Positions 24,701-37,756 of a DNA stretch of 64,000 nucleotides are shown here, one piece after another (position 1 is the first letter of the stretch; the number at the start of each line of letters is the position of its first letter). A model generated the notes under the pieces. The model was given only the letters and a program-made list of their open reading frames with translations, searched no databases and was not told where the DNA came from. A program made the translations under genes and the position numbers. The DNA is from Felis catus (lineage: Eukaryota): the NCBI RefSeq assembly GCF_018350175.1, contig NC_058383.1:24802001-24866000 (forward strand), written 5' to 3'.

Positions 24701-27700
24701 ACCTCTAGCCAGGATTCTCAAAAAGAAAAGGGAGATGACCCAAATAGATAAAATCATGATTGACAATGGAATTATTACAACCAATCCCTCAGAAAAACAA
24801 GCAATTATCAGGGAATACTAGGAAAAATTATATGCCAACAAACTGGACAACCTGGAAGAAATGGACAAATTCCTAAGCACCCACACACTTACAAAACTCA
24901 AACAGAAAGAAATAGAAAGCTTGAACAGACCCATAACCAGCAAAGAAATTGAATCAGTTATCAAAAGTCTCCCAACAAATAAGAGTCCAGGACCAGATGG
25001 CTTCCCTGGGGAATTCTACCAGACATTTGAAGAAGAGATAATACCTATCCTTCTCAAGCTATTCCAAAAAATAGAAAGTAAAGGAAAACTTCCAGACTCA
25101 TTCTATGAAGCCAGCATTACTTTGATTCCTAAACCAAACAGAGTCCCAGCAAAGAAAGAGAACTACAGGCCAATATCCCTGATGAATATGGATGCAAAAA
25201 TTCTCAATAAGATACTAGCAAATTGAATTCAACAGCACATAAAAAGAATTATTCACCATGATCAAGTGGGATTCATTCCTGGGATGCAGGGCTGGTTCAA
25301 CATTCACAAATCAATCAACGTGATACATCACATTAATAAAAGAAAAGATAAGAACCATATGATCCTGTCAATCGATGCAGAAAAAGCATTTGACAAAATT
25401 CGCATTCTTTCTTAATAAAAACCCTCGAGAAAGTCGGGATAGAAGGAACATACTTAAAGATCATAAAAACCATTTATGAAAAGCCCACAGCTAATATCAT
25501 CCTCAGTGGGGAAAAACTGAGAGCTTTCCCCCTGAGATCAGGAACACAACAGGGATGTCCACTCTCATGGCTGTTGTTTAACATAGTGTTGGAAGTGCTA
25601 GCATCAGCAATCAGACAACAAAAGGAAATCAAAGGCATCAAAATTGGCAAAGATGAAGTCAAGCTTTCACTTTTTGCAGATGACGTGACACTATACATGG
25701 AAAACACTATAGACTCCACCAAAAGTCTGCTAGAAGTGATACATGACTCAGCAAAGTCATAGGATACAAAATCAATGTACAGAAATCAGTTGCATTCTTA
25801 TACACTAATAATGAAGCAACAGAAAGACAAATAAAGAAACTGATCCCATTCACAATTGCACCAAGAAGCATAAAATACCTAGGAATAAATCTAACCAAAG
25901 ATGTTAAAGATCTGTATGCTGAAAACTATAGAAAGCTTAGGAAGGAAATTGAAGAAGATATAAAGAAATGGAAAGACATTCCATGCTTATGGGTTGGAAG
26001 AATAAATATTGTTAAAATGTCAATACTATCCAAAGCTATCTACACATTCAATGCAATCCCAATCAAAATTGCACCAGCATTCTTCTCAAAGCTAGAACAA
26101 GCAATCCTAAAATTCATATGGAACCACAAAAGGCCCCGAATAGCCAAAGGAATTTTGAAGAAGAAGACCAAAGCAGGAGGTATCACAATCCCAGACTTTA
26201 GCCTCTACTACAAAGCTGTAATCATCAAAACAGCATGGTATTGGCACAAAAACAGACACATAGATCAATGGAATAGAATAGAAACCCCAGAATTAGACCC
26301 ACAAAAGTATGGCCAACTCGTCTTTGACAAAGCAGGAAAGAATATCCAATGGAAGAAAGACAGTCTCTTTAACAAATGGTGCTGGGAGAACTGGACAGCA
26401 ACATGCAGAAGAATGAAACTAGACCACTTTCTTACACCATTCACAAAAACAAACTCAAAATGGATAAAGGACCTGAATGTGAGACAGGAAACCATCAAAA
26501 CTCTAGAGGAGAAAGCAGGAAAAGACCTCTCTGACCTCAGCCGCAGCAATTTTTTACTTGACGCATCCCCAAAGGCAAGGGAATTAAAAGCAAAAATCAA
26601 CTGTTGGGACCTCATGAAGTAAAAAAGCTTCTGCACAGCAAAGGAAACAATCAACAAAACTAATAGGCAACCGACGGAATGGGAAAAGATATTTGCAAAG
26701 GACATATCGGACAAAGGGCTAGTATCCAAAATCTATAAAGAACTCACCAAACTCCACACCCGAAAAACAAATAATCCAGTGAAGAAATGGACAGAAAACA
26801 TGAATAGACACTTCTCTAAAGAAGACCTCCAGATGGCCAACAGGCACATGAAAAGATGCTCAACGTCGCTCCTCATCAGGGAAATACAAATCAAAACCAC
26901 ACTCAGATATCACCTCACGCCAGTCAGAGTGGCCAAAATGAACAAATCAGGAGACTATAGATGCTGGAGAGGATGTGGAGAAACGGGAACCCTCTTGCAC
27001 TGTTGGTGGGAACGCAAACTGGTGCCACCACTCTGGAAAACAGTGTGGAGTTTCCTCAAAAAATTAACAACAGACCTACCCTATGACCCAGCAGTAGCAC
27101 TGCTAGGAATTTACCCAAGGGATACAGGACTACTGATGCATAGGGGCACTTGTACCCCAATGTTTATAGCAGCACTCTCAACAATAGCCAAATTGTGGAA
27201 AAATCCTAAATGTCCATCAAATGATGAATGGATAAAGAAATTGTGGTTTATATACACAATGGAGTACTACGTGGCAATGAGAAAGAATGAAATATGGTCC
27301 TTTGTAGCAACGTGGATGGAACTGGAGAATGTGATGCTAAGTGAAATAAGTAAGGCAGAGAAAGACAGATACCATATGGTTTCACTCTTATGTGGATTCT
27401 GAGAAACTTAACAGAAACCCATGGGGGAGGGGAAGAAAAAAAAAAAAAGAGGTTAGAGTGGGAGAGAGCCAAAGCATAAGAGACTGTTAAAAACTGAGAA
27501 CAGGGGCGCCTGGGTGGCGCAGTCGGTTAAGCGTCTGACTTCAGCCAGGTCACGATCTCGCGGTCCGTGAGTTCGAGCCCCGCGTTGGGCTCTGGGCTGA
27601 CGGCTCAGAGCCTGGAGCCTGTTTCCGATTCTGTGTCTCCCTCTCTCTCTGCCCCTCCCCCGTTCATGCTCTGTCTCTCTCTGTCCCAAAAAAAATAAAT

Positions 27701-27880
27701 ACACGTTGAAAAAAAGAAAAAAAATTAAAAAAAAAACTGAGAACAAACTGAGGGTTGATGGGGGGTGGGAGGGAGGGGAGGGTGGGTGATGGGTATTGAG
27801 GAGGGCACCTTTTGGGATGAGCACTGGGTGTTGTATGGAAACCAATTTGACAATAAATTTCATATATTAAAAAAAAAGAA
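21722..27880 (+). mobile_element. Full-length felid LINE-1, inactive: 5'UTR ~21722-22633, ORF1 from 22634, ORF2 ~23581-27402, 3'UTR and A tail
   Basis: gggaagatggcgg 5' end; ORF1 MTKQKNSPQK; EN (GDFNTPL), RT and C-terminal ([17 protein letters not shown]) segments with several stops and frameshifts; aataaa and A tail at ~27852-27880. Confidence 0.98.
27503..27731 (+). mobile_element. Young CpG-rich feline CanSINE in L1 3'UTR
   Basis: Near-consensus SINE with exact TSD aaaaactgagaaca. Confidence 0.97.
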
Positions 27881-28247
27881 AGTGATAGCTTAATATAAAA
27901 TATATTTATTAATATAAAATAATATAAAATCTATATTAATATAAAAATAATATAAAATAATGTCTGCATATGGATAAAAATGAAAGATACAGAATGATAT
28001 AAAGTAGTTACTAAATGTGTTGCAAAACAAGGGTATATGTGTGTATAGGGAAGTGGGTGGAATATTATATGCAACTAGTTTTTCAAATAAGTCTGAAATC
28101 AACTTTAGTTTTTCTCCCAATTTCTGTCCCCCACCCCTGCTGTATCCAATATCCCTTTTCTATCCCTTAGTGACTTGCTGGGATGATCCCACAATTCACA
28201 ATCACTTTTAGTTATAAGTTTGTCCACTTAAAAATGTTAATCACAGA

Positions 28248-28458
28248 GGTGCCTGGGTGGCTCAGTCGGTTAATTTTCAGTTGATTTTGATCAATTTTCA
28301 GTTGATTTTGGCTCAGGTCATGATCTCAATGTGTGTGAGATTGAGCTCCACATCAGGCTCTGTGCTGACAGTGTGGAACCTGCTTGGGATTCTCTCTGCC
28401 ACCACTCACATTCTCTCTCTTTCCCTCTCTGCCCCCCCCTCAAAAATAAAAATACATA
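28248..28458 (+). mobile_element. CanSINE with an internal ~21 bp duplication
   Basis: TSD ttaatcacaga; aattttcagttgattttg appears twice. Confidence 0.9.
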
Positions 28459-29136
28459 TTAATCACAGACTCAATGTACATTGCACCTATTCCCCTCTCC
28501 CTAGCACAGACTTGCTCTGTGCTTTTTGGGACCAGCAGTGGACAGGACTGGCCACCCTTCTGCACTCCTCCCACACTAGTATCTAGAATAGAGACATGTA
28601 GCTTGTCTGCCTCTCATATACCTTCCCCCTCTTATCTAACCTCTAGACACTCTACTGTCAGAGTTAAGGAAAAAAGATTAAGAGAAGGAGGTTTACCATG
28701 CTGGCTAAGACTTTAATCCTCTGTTGGGCCTGGCTGTTCAAGCCTAGGTATCTTCTGGGAGTCCACTTGGCACAGAAGATACTCACACATCTTTAGAACA
28801 CCTTGTCTCAGGCTGCAGGCCTCTGCTTGTGTTGTCTTTCCACCCACCTCACTCTCTGTGCTCTGCCATGTGTCTCTACTTCTCTTTCTGGCTTATTTCC
28901 ATACTTGGTCAGGCAGAAGGGGACATCATCCCAGTAATGTGATGCCAGTCTCCTTCCAGGAACCACTAACCTTTATAATGGATTCCCTTAGTGTCCCTCT
29001 CAGCAAAGGGTGTGAATGTACTATCTTCTTTCCCATCCCCAAGTTTCTGATTTAGGCCCAAAAGTAGAGTGCTCTCAGTGTAGCAGGACCAGTTGAGCCA
29101 CCTTTTCACAAACCTGGAGAGAGTTACAAAACTTAC

Positions 29137-29163
29137 TTTTTTTTTTTAATTTATTTTGAGAGA

Positions 29164-29209
<46 letters not shown>

Positions 29210-29338
29210 ATGTCAAGCAGGCTCCGCATTGTCAGTGCAGAGCCCAACATGGGGCTTGAACTCACAAACTGTGAGATCATGACCTGAGCTGAAATCAAGA
29301 GTCAGATTCTTAACCAACTGAGCCACCCAGGCTCCCCT
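29137..29338 (-). mobile_element. CanSINE with long (GA)n
   Basis: Reverse SINE structure. Confidence 0.92.
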
Positions 29339-29484
29339 CTTAGTCTTTTTTGACAGTTCTCTTTAGAATGGAAAGGGCAGGGACATAATGACTCTTAATC
29401 CTTAGCTTTGGGCTTTAGTTGAGAAATGTGAAGAGACACCTGAACTCTTACTAAGCACCATTTTTATACACATGTAGGATGAAA

Positions 29485-29620
29485 ACATACATATGTGAAT
29501 ATATAGGTTATGTGTATACCTATACACATATGTATAAATATGTGTCACATATGTGTCACATATGTATGTATACATATATGTATGCATACATGTCACATAT
29601 GTATATATACACACATATTT
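29485..29620. repeat. Degenerate (TA/CA/TG) purine-pyrimidine microsatellite
   Basis: tatacacatatgtat... alternating tract. Confidence 0.85.
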
Positions 29621-29899
29621 ATGCACTTAATTATTCCCTTTTAAAACATGAATCAGTTCATACTACACATACCTCACTTTTTTTCCTTCATTTTCCAATG
29701 TATCTTGTAGATCTTTCCATATTAACCCATTTAGATAAAATAAGGCTTATCTTGAGTACTGGAAATCAGTAAGGAGTGACTGGAGACACCTCAGAGCAAA
29801 CTGAGCAACAGAAAAAGCCTGGGTCTTCACCTCAACTCTTGTTTGCTTAAAAATTAATCTTACCAAACCTTCCAATTAGCAACAGCCATGACAAAACAG

Positions 29900-30120
29900 C
29901 AGTAGCTAACATTTATTGAATATTTTTATGTGATTACCATGAATTATTTTTATTCAATACTCATAACTTCCTATAAGGTATATATTACAGCTATTCCCAT
30001 TTTATAGATGAGGAGCATGAGGTTAGAGCAGTTTATTTGCCCAAGGTCATAGAGGTAGCAAAGGGGTGGAATCAGTATTTAAACACAAGACTGAGACTCA
30101 ATGTATGTTCTTAATCAGTT
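29900..30120. mobile_element. MIR
   Basis: ttcccattttatagatgaggagcatgagg...ttgcccaaggtcatag core. Confidence 0.75.
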
Positions 30121-30175
30121 TGTCTATTTGTTCATCTACACATTGAATGCCATATTCTCATTGACTTCCTTCCAA

Positions 30176-30393
30176 TTTTTTTTAAATTTTTTTTAACGTT
30201 TATTTATTTTTGAGACAGAGAGAGACAGAGCATGAACGGGGGAGGGTCAGAGAGAGGGAGACACAGAATCTGAAACAGGCTCCAGGCTCTGAGCTGTCAG
30301 CACAGAGCCCGACGCGGGGCTCGAACTCACGGACCGCGAGATCATGACTTGAGCTGAAGTCGGACGCTTAACCGACTGAGCCACTCAGGCCCC
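30176..30393 (-). mobile_element. Young CanSINE
   Basis: CpG-retaining SINE; TSD acttccYtccaattttt. Confidence 0.95.
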
Positions 30394-31488
30394 AACTTCC
30401 CTCCAATTTTTAACTTAAATATAAATGATTCAACCTGACTACTCATGTAGATTCTTATTTAGGCCTCATCTGTGCTGAAAGATCCTCTAAGCCTCTGTCA
30501 TCCTGGACTATTAAGCATGTGCCGTACCTACTCTGAAATTTATACTTCTTCCATTAGTACTTTATCCAATACTATTGTTATGCCTTGGTGGAGTGTGCAG
30601 TTCACAGATGATTTCAGTTCCAAATGGATTTCTAACTTGTTGAACTGTCTGAGACTCCACCATTAGGGATTCATTCTTAGGAGCACTGACAAAAGTGAAG
30701 TAAGAAGCAGGAGGAGGACCTACAAGTACTCAAAAAAGTAGAGCTATATAGTAAAACAATGAAATTTAAACATAGATTATTCAAATCTCAGAGAAGCAGG
30801 AAGGAAGTACCTGTGAAACCTCATGAAAAGTTTTAAGAAGACTCATGCATGTATAGAGTGTGAAATTGGAGAAGAAAATTGGAGGGAAGGAGATTTATTC
30901 ACCTTTTCTCTCAAGAACCAACATCCATAAAATGCCAAATTTGCCTTACCTGTCAAAATTAGACTCTAGCAGTGGTGGGATGAAGCACACTGGCGGCGGG
31001 GGCGGGGAGGGGCTGGGATCAGGAGTTCAGGACACCCAGCAGGGCTAAGTGAGGATGCAGGTAGGAACAAACGGATAGACCAAATGTGGCTTCTCCAGGG
31101 ATAGACCAAGTTCACATGGCTTCAGAGTCAGGTTCCATTGTGGAACTCAGGCTGTTGGGCACGTTTCTTATGCAGCTTGTAGGTGTGATAAAAGTGCAAG
31201 TGTGGCACAAGTGCTGTGGGCACAGAGCCAATGAAAGACCTGAGGTGTCATTCAATCAAATGTGAGGCAGGAGCCAGTTGGCAGAGGTAAGGTGTTATGT
31301 ATTTTATCTTATTTTATGATACACGATATTAAGTTAACTATATTTAAAGTTTCTTTCCCTTCTGGCCTCCTTCCTCAAAGGATTAAATTTAGCTTTCAAT
31401 AAGTGACACATGGAGATAAGACATTAGGGGACAAATAATGCATTTAGGGGACTGGGTTGGGGAATGGATACTAATACAAAAAATACTA

Positions 31489-31697
31489 GGGACACCTTGG
31501 TGGCTCAGTTGGTTGACTGTTGGCTCAGGTCATGATCCCAGGGTCATGGGATTGAGCCCTGTGTTGGGCTGTGTCGGGCTCCATGCTGAGCACGAAGCCT
31601 GCTTGAGATTCTCTCTCTCTCCGCCCCCCCCCCCCCCATTCCTCTCTCTGGCTCGTACTCTCTCAATCTCTAAAATTAAAAAATAAATAAATAAATA
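31489..31697 (+). mobile_element. CanSINE
   Basis: TSD aaaatactag; (AAAT)n tail. Confidence 0.9.
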
Positions 31698-32456
31698 AAA
31701 ATACTAGACATCACTGAGTCACAACTGAGCCCCAAACCAGCTGTTTTTAAGTCCACACTGACTCAACAGTGACTATGAACAAGTCCACATTGACTGAACA
31801 GTGACTATGAACTAAGCACTTGTCATGCCTATCTTAATGAGTTTTCCTAGTAACCCGGAAAATAGGTATTATTATTATCCCCATTTAAACGTTGTTGTTG
31901 TTTTGTTTTTTTAATCTAATGAGGAAATTCAGCTTCTCACTTGCTTGAAGTTCCACAGCCAGAACATGGCAGAACTGGGATTTAAACACAGTTTGACTTT
32001 AGAATTTGGGCCCATGATCATATACATATTACCAACTCTGAAGGTGGCAGGTGTAGAGAAATCAAATAAGCAGGTGACCAGGGTTCAGTGTTAAGACATC
32101 TATTACCTGAAAATGCTGGGTAACAAGAGAATAAGGCAGGAAATCCTGGATGGATAGTGTAGTCAGAACAGGAACAAAATCTAACAGTGTTTCCTACCTG
32201 TGTTCGGGGCAAGGATGGATTCTGTACTGAACATACAAGTAGAAGTTAAATGGCAGTAACTTTGAAAGGAAGAGAAAGAGAAAGAGAATTTAGAATGTCT
32301 TACATCATTCTTCCCTTTCTGGGCTGAAGACCTCATGAATATGTGAAGCGAATTAGAATTAGGTTAATTAGAATAAAAGGCAAATTCCTCATAGTACTTA
32401 TTCCAAACCCACAGTATCCGCTGCACATTTTTCTATAATGCCGACATTCCTTTTCT

Positions 32457-32512
32457 CAAAACAAAACAAAACAAAACAAAACAAAACAAAACAAAACAAA
32501 ACAAAACAAAAA
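32457..32512. repeat. (AAAAC)n microsatellite
   Basis: About 10 perfect units. Confidence 0.97.
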
Positions 32513-33823
32513 ATCCACTTGGTATACAGGAGCCAGAAGAGGGGTTTACAAGTCACATCACAGAGCCCTTGGTGCCCAATGATAGACACCAGACCTCTGA
32601 CCATGACTGGTAACCTAAGGAGGTGAAAGTTCACACAAATTGAAATTTCATACAAATGTGTTTCCAGCATTGCCAGGGAAATCTCTCTCTTAATTCCTAG
32701 CTTCTTTTCTCGCTCCTCTTGGTGGGGCTTAATGGGGTCTGGACTTGGTATACTTCCCTTCTTAATAGCATTGGTCTTAACCTTTTTCCTTTACTGACCA
32801 TTTCTTGGGGTTGAGTTCAAATGTTCAATAATATTTTTTGAGCACCTAATATGGATCCGGCATTATGGCAGGCACCAAGGATGAAAACAAAAGTAAAAAC
32901 AAGTTTCAGTCAGCTCTCTCTATGCTTCTGAACACCACAGCAATGCCACTGTTCTTCACAATCAACTGAGGACCTCCAGAAATCTATGCTATGCAATCTC
33001 CATTGTCAAAAGTAAAGGCTATGCTGATTATATAGGTGAAAGCAAAAAATAAGATGATGACAAAATTTTTGGAAATAGTGGTAGATCCAGGGTCAGGAGA
33101 ACCAAGGATGACTGGGGGAGTGAGGAGGCTAGAACTAGCATCAATGTTCTGAAAAGTCTAGTACTGCCACTACTTCTGGAGTGGCTGCAAAGCTGATGAT
33201 ACTGGATTTGGAATGCCACTGCCATTGGTCAGATGAACTCTAAATGGGCATTCCTCTTTACACATTTGCTTCCAATTCTCAGTCCCTCACAGATGCATCC
33301 AATTGATGAAGCTGAGGTGATGTGCTCACATTACAGAGTGGGAAAAAGGGATACCTGACATGTCAAGCTTCCATGATGCAAGGTGAGCCCTGCCTTCCAC
33401 TCAGACTCATCCAGTGATGGATTACACCTCCTCCCCAAAAGGGGGTTCATTTATTGAGCAAACAAAAACAACAAATGTTACCCATAAGGTAGACAAAAAC
33501 TAACAAGGAAGTAGTTATAGGTGATCATGATATGTATTCTAGCCCAGTTTTCCCACTGGTGATAGAATCTGCTTATTTCTCTGCCTTAATCCCTAGGATA
33601 ATAGTATTAAAAAAGACATATTGGAAATCACTTCCTCAAGGATTCCATTTCTTATGAAATTGCCTCCATATTTGGCCAGAGGGAGCACCCTAAAAGGGAA
33701 ATGAATTTTTTCCATTTGTCCTACTCTACAGTGTGGAATGGGACAGTTAACACCTAGTACTAATCAGGAACTCTAGTATTAATATTAGTAATTTAAGCAA
33801 AAGAACCTAAGGGAAGATAAGGT

Positions 33824-33825
<2 letters not shown>

Positions 33826-33860
<35 letters not shown>

Positions 33861-33920
33861 TTATATACATATATGTATATATACAAATATACATACATAT
33901 ACATATATATTTACATATAC
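33826..33920. repeat. (CA)n followed by degenerate (TA)n
   Basis: Direct reading. Confidence 0.95.
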
Positions 33921-34137
33921 TAAGAAAAAACCCAGTTAACCATGAAGTTCAACATCAGGATAATTACTTTTCCTCTTCTTAGTATTTTGTTGTTTCATAC
34001 ATTACAAGTAAATCTCGGAATGTGAGATTGAAATATCTAGGTCAATAAAAAGCACAGTACTCCTGCATTGCTTACCAAAGCAATATACTGTCATGGGTGG
34101 AAAACCAACATAAGGGATTTATAAAGTTCAAGTTGAC

Positions 34138-34313
34138 TTTTTTGTTAATGTTTATTTATTTTGAGGTAGGGGTAGGGACAGAGAGAGAGAGGGAGAGAAG
34201 ACAGAATCCCAATCAGGCTCTGCTCTGTCAGTGCAGACCCTGACACCAGGCTCAAACCCACTAAAAGATCATGACTTGAGCCAAAGTTGGATGCTTAACC
34301 AACTGAGCCACCT
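34138..34313 (-). mobile_element. CanSINE
   Basis: TSD tcaagttgactttt. Confidence 0.88.
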
Positions 34314-34944
34314 CAAGTTGACTTTTAATTGCATGAAGTATAAGGAACTGGATTCCTGACTTTAGGGTATGGGGAATACTATGATGTTAACTCTGAAGGG
34401 ATTGCTTATCTATCCAGTTTAATGAGTGGGTTCATAAACATTTTAGGGGACGGATATGAAGAAAAGAAAATAGCAAGGTATATTTAATTGGAGAAAAGAA
34501 GATGGATAATTTTCCTAGTAGTGAAAATTCTTTTATATGTATAGACTATTCTAGACTATTATTTCATATCAGAATTACTTTTTCATAGGTGTCACAAGAA
34601 TGTGAATCTGAGAGATGAAGACTTTACAACAAATAAGAAGTTCTTTATTCCTGACTTTCTATAACAATCTACATTTCTGGGCCACTGGATTCGCTAATTC
34701 TTCCTAGGACAACAAAGGACAAACCTTCTTTTGGCTCTTCATGATTTTGTTCAGAAGTGAGGATGTGATTTCCTGTCCAGACCAACTACAGTCGGAACAA
34801 TAATTCACCAAAATGTTACTATCACTTGTTATGACATCAGCGTCAAACAAAAGTTGTGTGAAGAAATTGATATGGACAATATCTTGGGTATGAATATGAA
34901 TCTTGGGTATGAATAGTGACAATTAAATGTTAAGAAGTTTGGCA

Positions 34945-35164
34945 GGAGCACCTGGGTGGCTCAGTCGGTTAAGCGCTGGACTTCAGCTCAGGTCATGATC
35001 TCAGGGTTTGCGAGTTTGAGCCTCACGTGGAGCTCTGTGCTGACAGCTCAGAGTCTGCAGCCTGCTTCAGATTCTGTGTCTCCCTCTCCCTCTCTCTCTC
35101 TGCTCCTCCCCCGATTGCACTCTATCTCTCTCTCAAAAATAAACATTAAAAAAGTAATTAAAAA
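34945..35164 (+). mobile_element. CanSINE
   Basis: TSD aagaagtttggc. Confidence 0.93.
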
Positions 35165-35648
35165 AAGAAGTTTGGCCAAGTTTCCCTGTATTTTATATTT
35201 CTTATTCTGATAATCAACTCTCTGACTTCAATGAGTTTCTTATACTTTGTGTTCTTTATTTGTACCTTTGGGGTTCTCCAACAGGAGTGCTAAAGTCAAG
35301 TCCATTGCATATGCACATTTCAAAAGGAGCAAAAAATAAGTAGGGTGGTTTGGAAGAAACACTGACTTCTAAGAAACACTGGCCTATAAGGGCAACATGA
35401 GTATGAAGTGTGTCTGTCTTTGCTAATGGTCTCAACCTTAGTACTTAGGTCAACAACTAGTGCATGGGTGCTTAATAAATATTACCAGAATGAATCAATG
35501 ACTATGAATGGTAAACAAAACAGTTCTTTACAAGCATGGTCTACATCCCGCTGGAGGCCAGCATGTAAATTTACAAACCCGCTCCATCCAGGCCAATTCC
35601 CCAGGAAGCCCTGGCTTTTGGATAGTGAGCTGTAAGAAGTGCCCATCA

Positions 35649-35804
35649 AGGGCGCCTCAAGTGGCTCAGTCGGTTGAACTTCCGACTTGGGCTGAGATCA
35701 TAATGTCACCCTTTGTGGGTTGAACCCTGACAGCGCACATCTTCTACGGTTTCTCTGTCTTCCCCTCTCTCTGTCCCTCCCCCACCTCAAAGAAGAAAAA
35801 AAAA
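35649..35804 (+). mobile_element. Internally deleted CanSINE adjoining the THUMPD1 promoter
   Basis: gggcgcctcaagtggctcagtcggtt head, CT tract, A tail. Confidence 0.8.
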
Positions 35805-35819
35805 GTGCCTGTCCACTCT

Positions 35820-36430
35820 TTCCAAGGGCGGGCCTCGCACCACCATTCCACAGTCGGCCACCTGCCGGCTTTAGGACCCAGGCTTTAGGACCCGGCGCAG
35901 CACGGAATGAAACGTGGGAGGCGGGACTAAGAGAGGCCGTCGCACACACATGACGAAAGCAGCTGGCGTCAGCAGAGGTGAGCAAGCCGGGAATAGAGGA
36001 GAAAGCTGTTTCTCGCTAGCCTTGGTTCTCACGCGCCATGGCGGCCCCCGTCCAGCAGCCTCCTCAGTCTAGCGGTGGAAAGCGCAAAGGGAAAGCTCAG
36101 TATGTGCAGGCCAAGCGGGCGCGGCGCTGCGACGGCGGGGGGCCACGGCAGCTGGAACCCGGGCTACAGGGCATTCTCATTACCTGCAACATGAACGAGC
36201 GCAAGTGCGTGGAGGAGGCCTACAGTCTGCTCAACGAATACGGCGACGACATGTACGGGCCGGAAAAGGTACGAGCCCCAGAGAGGGTAAGCGGGCCTGT
36301 GAGAAAAGAAAGGAATGCAGGAAGGCCGCCTGTCTTCTACGCGTGCGCGAGTTTTGTGGCCTGGTCTGTGTTCCCGCCTTCTCGCGGAGTCTGAGTTGTA
36401 GATCGCTGCCGGATCGCGTGCTTGAAAAGC
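35820..36430 (+). promoter_or_regulatory. THUMPD1: CpG-island promoter of THUMPD1 with GC boxes (gggcggg 35826-35832, gggaggcgggac 35916-35927) and CRE-like half sites
   Basis: Sharp rise in CpG density around exon 1; no TATA box seen; strong Kozak gccATGg. Confidence 0.85.
36038..36268 (+). CDS. THUMPD1: THUMPD1 coding exon 1 (231 bp)
   Basis: MAAPVQQPPQSSGGKRKGKAQYVQAKRARRC...GILITCNMNERKCVEEAYSLLNEYGDDMYGPEK; donor AAG|gtacga. Confidence 0.98.
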
Positions 36431-37581
36431 TTGCCCATTTGAGGGGTTTTTCCCATTATTAATCACAGGGGCTCCTGTTTATAGATTGCTTCTGAGATCC
36501 ATGTGTTGTGTTTCTGAAGCCCTCAAAGAAACGTTTATTTCTTACGGTAGGCTTGTGAAGTAATATTCACGAGGACACTGGAGCTCAAGTTAGTTAAGTA
36601 AACGGTCCAAATTCACAGGGGAAACTTCATTGGTCGTCATAGTTTTTATATATCTTACCACCATCTTTACGCCATGGTTGTAATAAGTGTCCTAAGCATT
36701 GTGTCTGAAATAGTGGGTTTAGTACTAGTGCTAGTTATTTCTCAAATGCACGTGTAAATACATTTTAAAAAGCAAAAATTTTTGTACCAATTCCATCTAA
36801 GATCTAATTGTCTCAACACAGTTTGGAAATCTTTATATTATTGGCATAAGATCTGGACTAATACAGAAACACCTGAATTAATTAAAAGGGGGAGGATAGA
36901 TAATACAGAGGGGATTTGGATTCAAGTACTGTTATTAACTAGATCTACGGCATGGGCGTATTATTTAATTCTGCTGAGCTAGATAAAAAAGAATAAATGA
37001 TAGTATATTTAATGTTGACTGTCAAGTTGCTTATGTATATAAATACATCCTGATAAATAATAAAGGTTCCATAAATGGGTATAATTATTACTGGTGCCTG
37101 ACTGGCAAACTCCATTGGTGGGGCAGAGAACTAGGCAACAAGTTAGTGTCCTGTCTCCACTGGTGTCTTGAGCAAATTCTCAAACTATTTTTGTTCCCTC
37201 TTCCTTAGTAGAATAGAAATAAGGGTTTTTAATGCCATAACAGGTTGGTCTAATCTCACCAAAAGGAGACTGTCTCATTAGGTACAAAGATATCTAGTGA
37301 TGGGATTTAAGGTTTACCTTGAAGTAATTCATTTGGTGAGCACATTTCCCTGTGTCCCAGAGTGTCAAGATGTTTTTGAAAGCATTTTCAAATTATATAT
37401 ACCCCAGTCTGAAGGAACTTCCTTTTTCCTCTACATTTTGTAGGGAGTGATGTGTCAGTTTCTTAATAAAAAGCTTTATTGTCAGTATTGATCCATCTGC
37501 CACTGGAGGTTTCACATAAATATATAGTTATAGCTTTTAACATGATCTGTTTTGGCATTTTTGCTCATTAATTTTATACAG

Positions 37582-37756
37582 TTTACAGACAAAGATCAGC
37601 AGCCCTCTGGAAGTGAGGGAGAAGATGATGATATGGAGGCTGCCTTGAAGAAAGAAGTTGGTGACATTAAAGCATCTACGGAGATGAAGCTAAGAAGATT
37701 CCAATCAGTGGAGAGTGGAGCAAATAACGTAGTCTTCATCAGGACACTTGGGATAG
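37582..37756 (+). CDS. THUMPD1: THUMPD1 coding exon 2 (175 bp)
   Basis: cag|TTT; FTDKDQQPSGSEGEDDD...RRFQSVESGANNVVFIRTLGI; donor G|gtgtgt. Confidence 0.97.

Noticed and set aside
22634..27402. Active L1
   Set aside because: Multiple stops and frameshifts in ORF1 and ORF2
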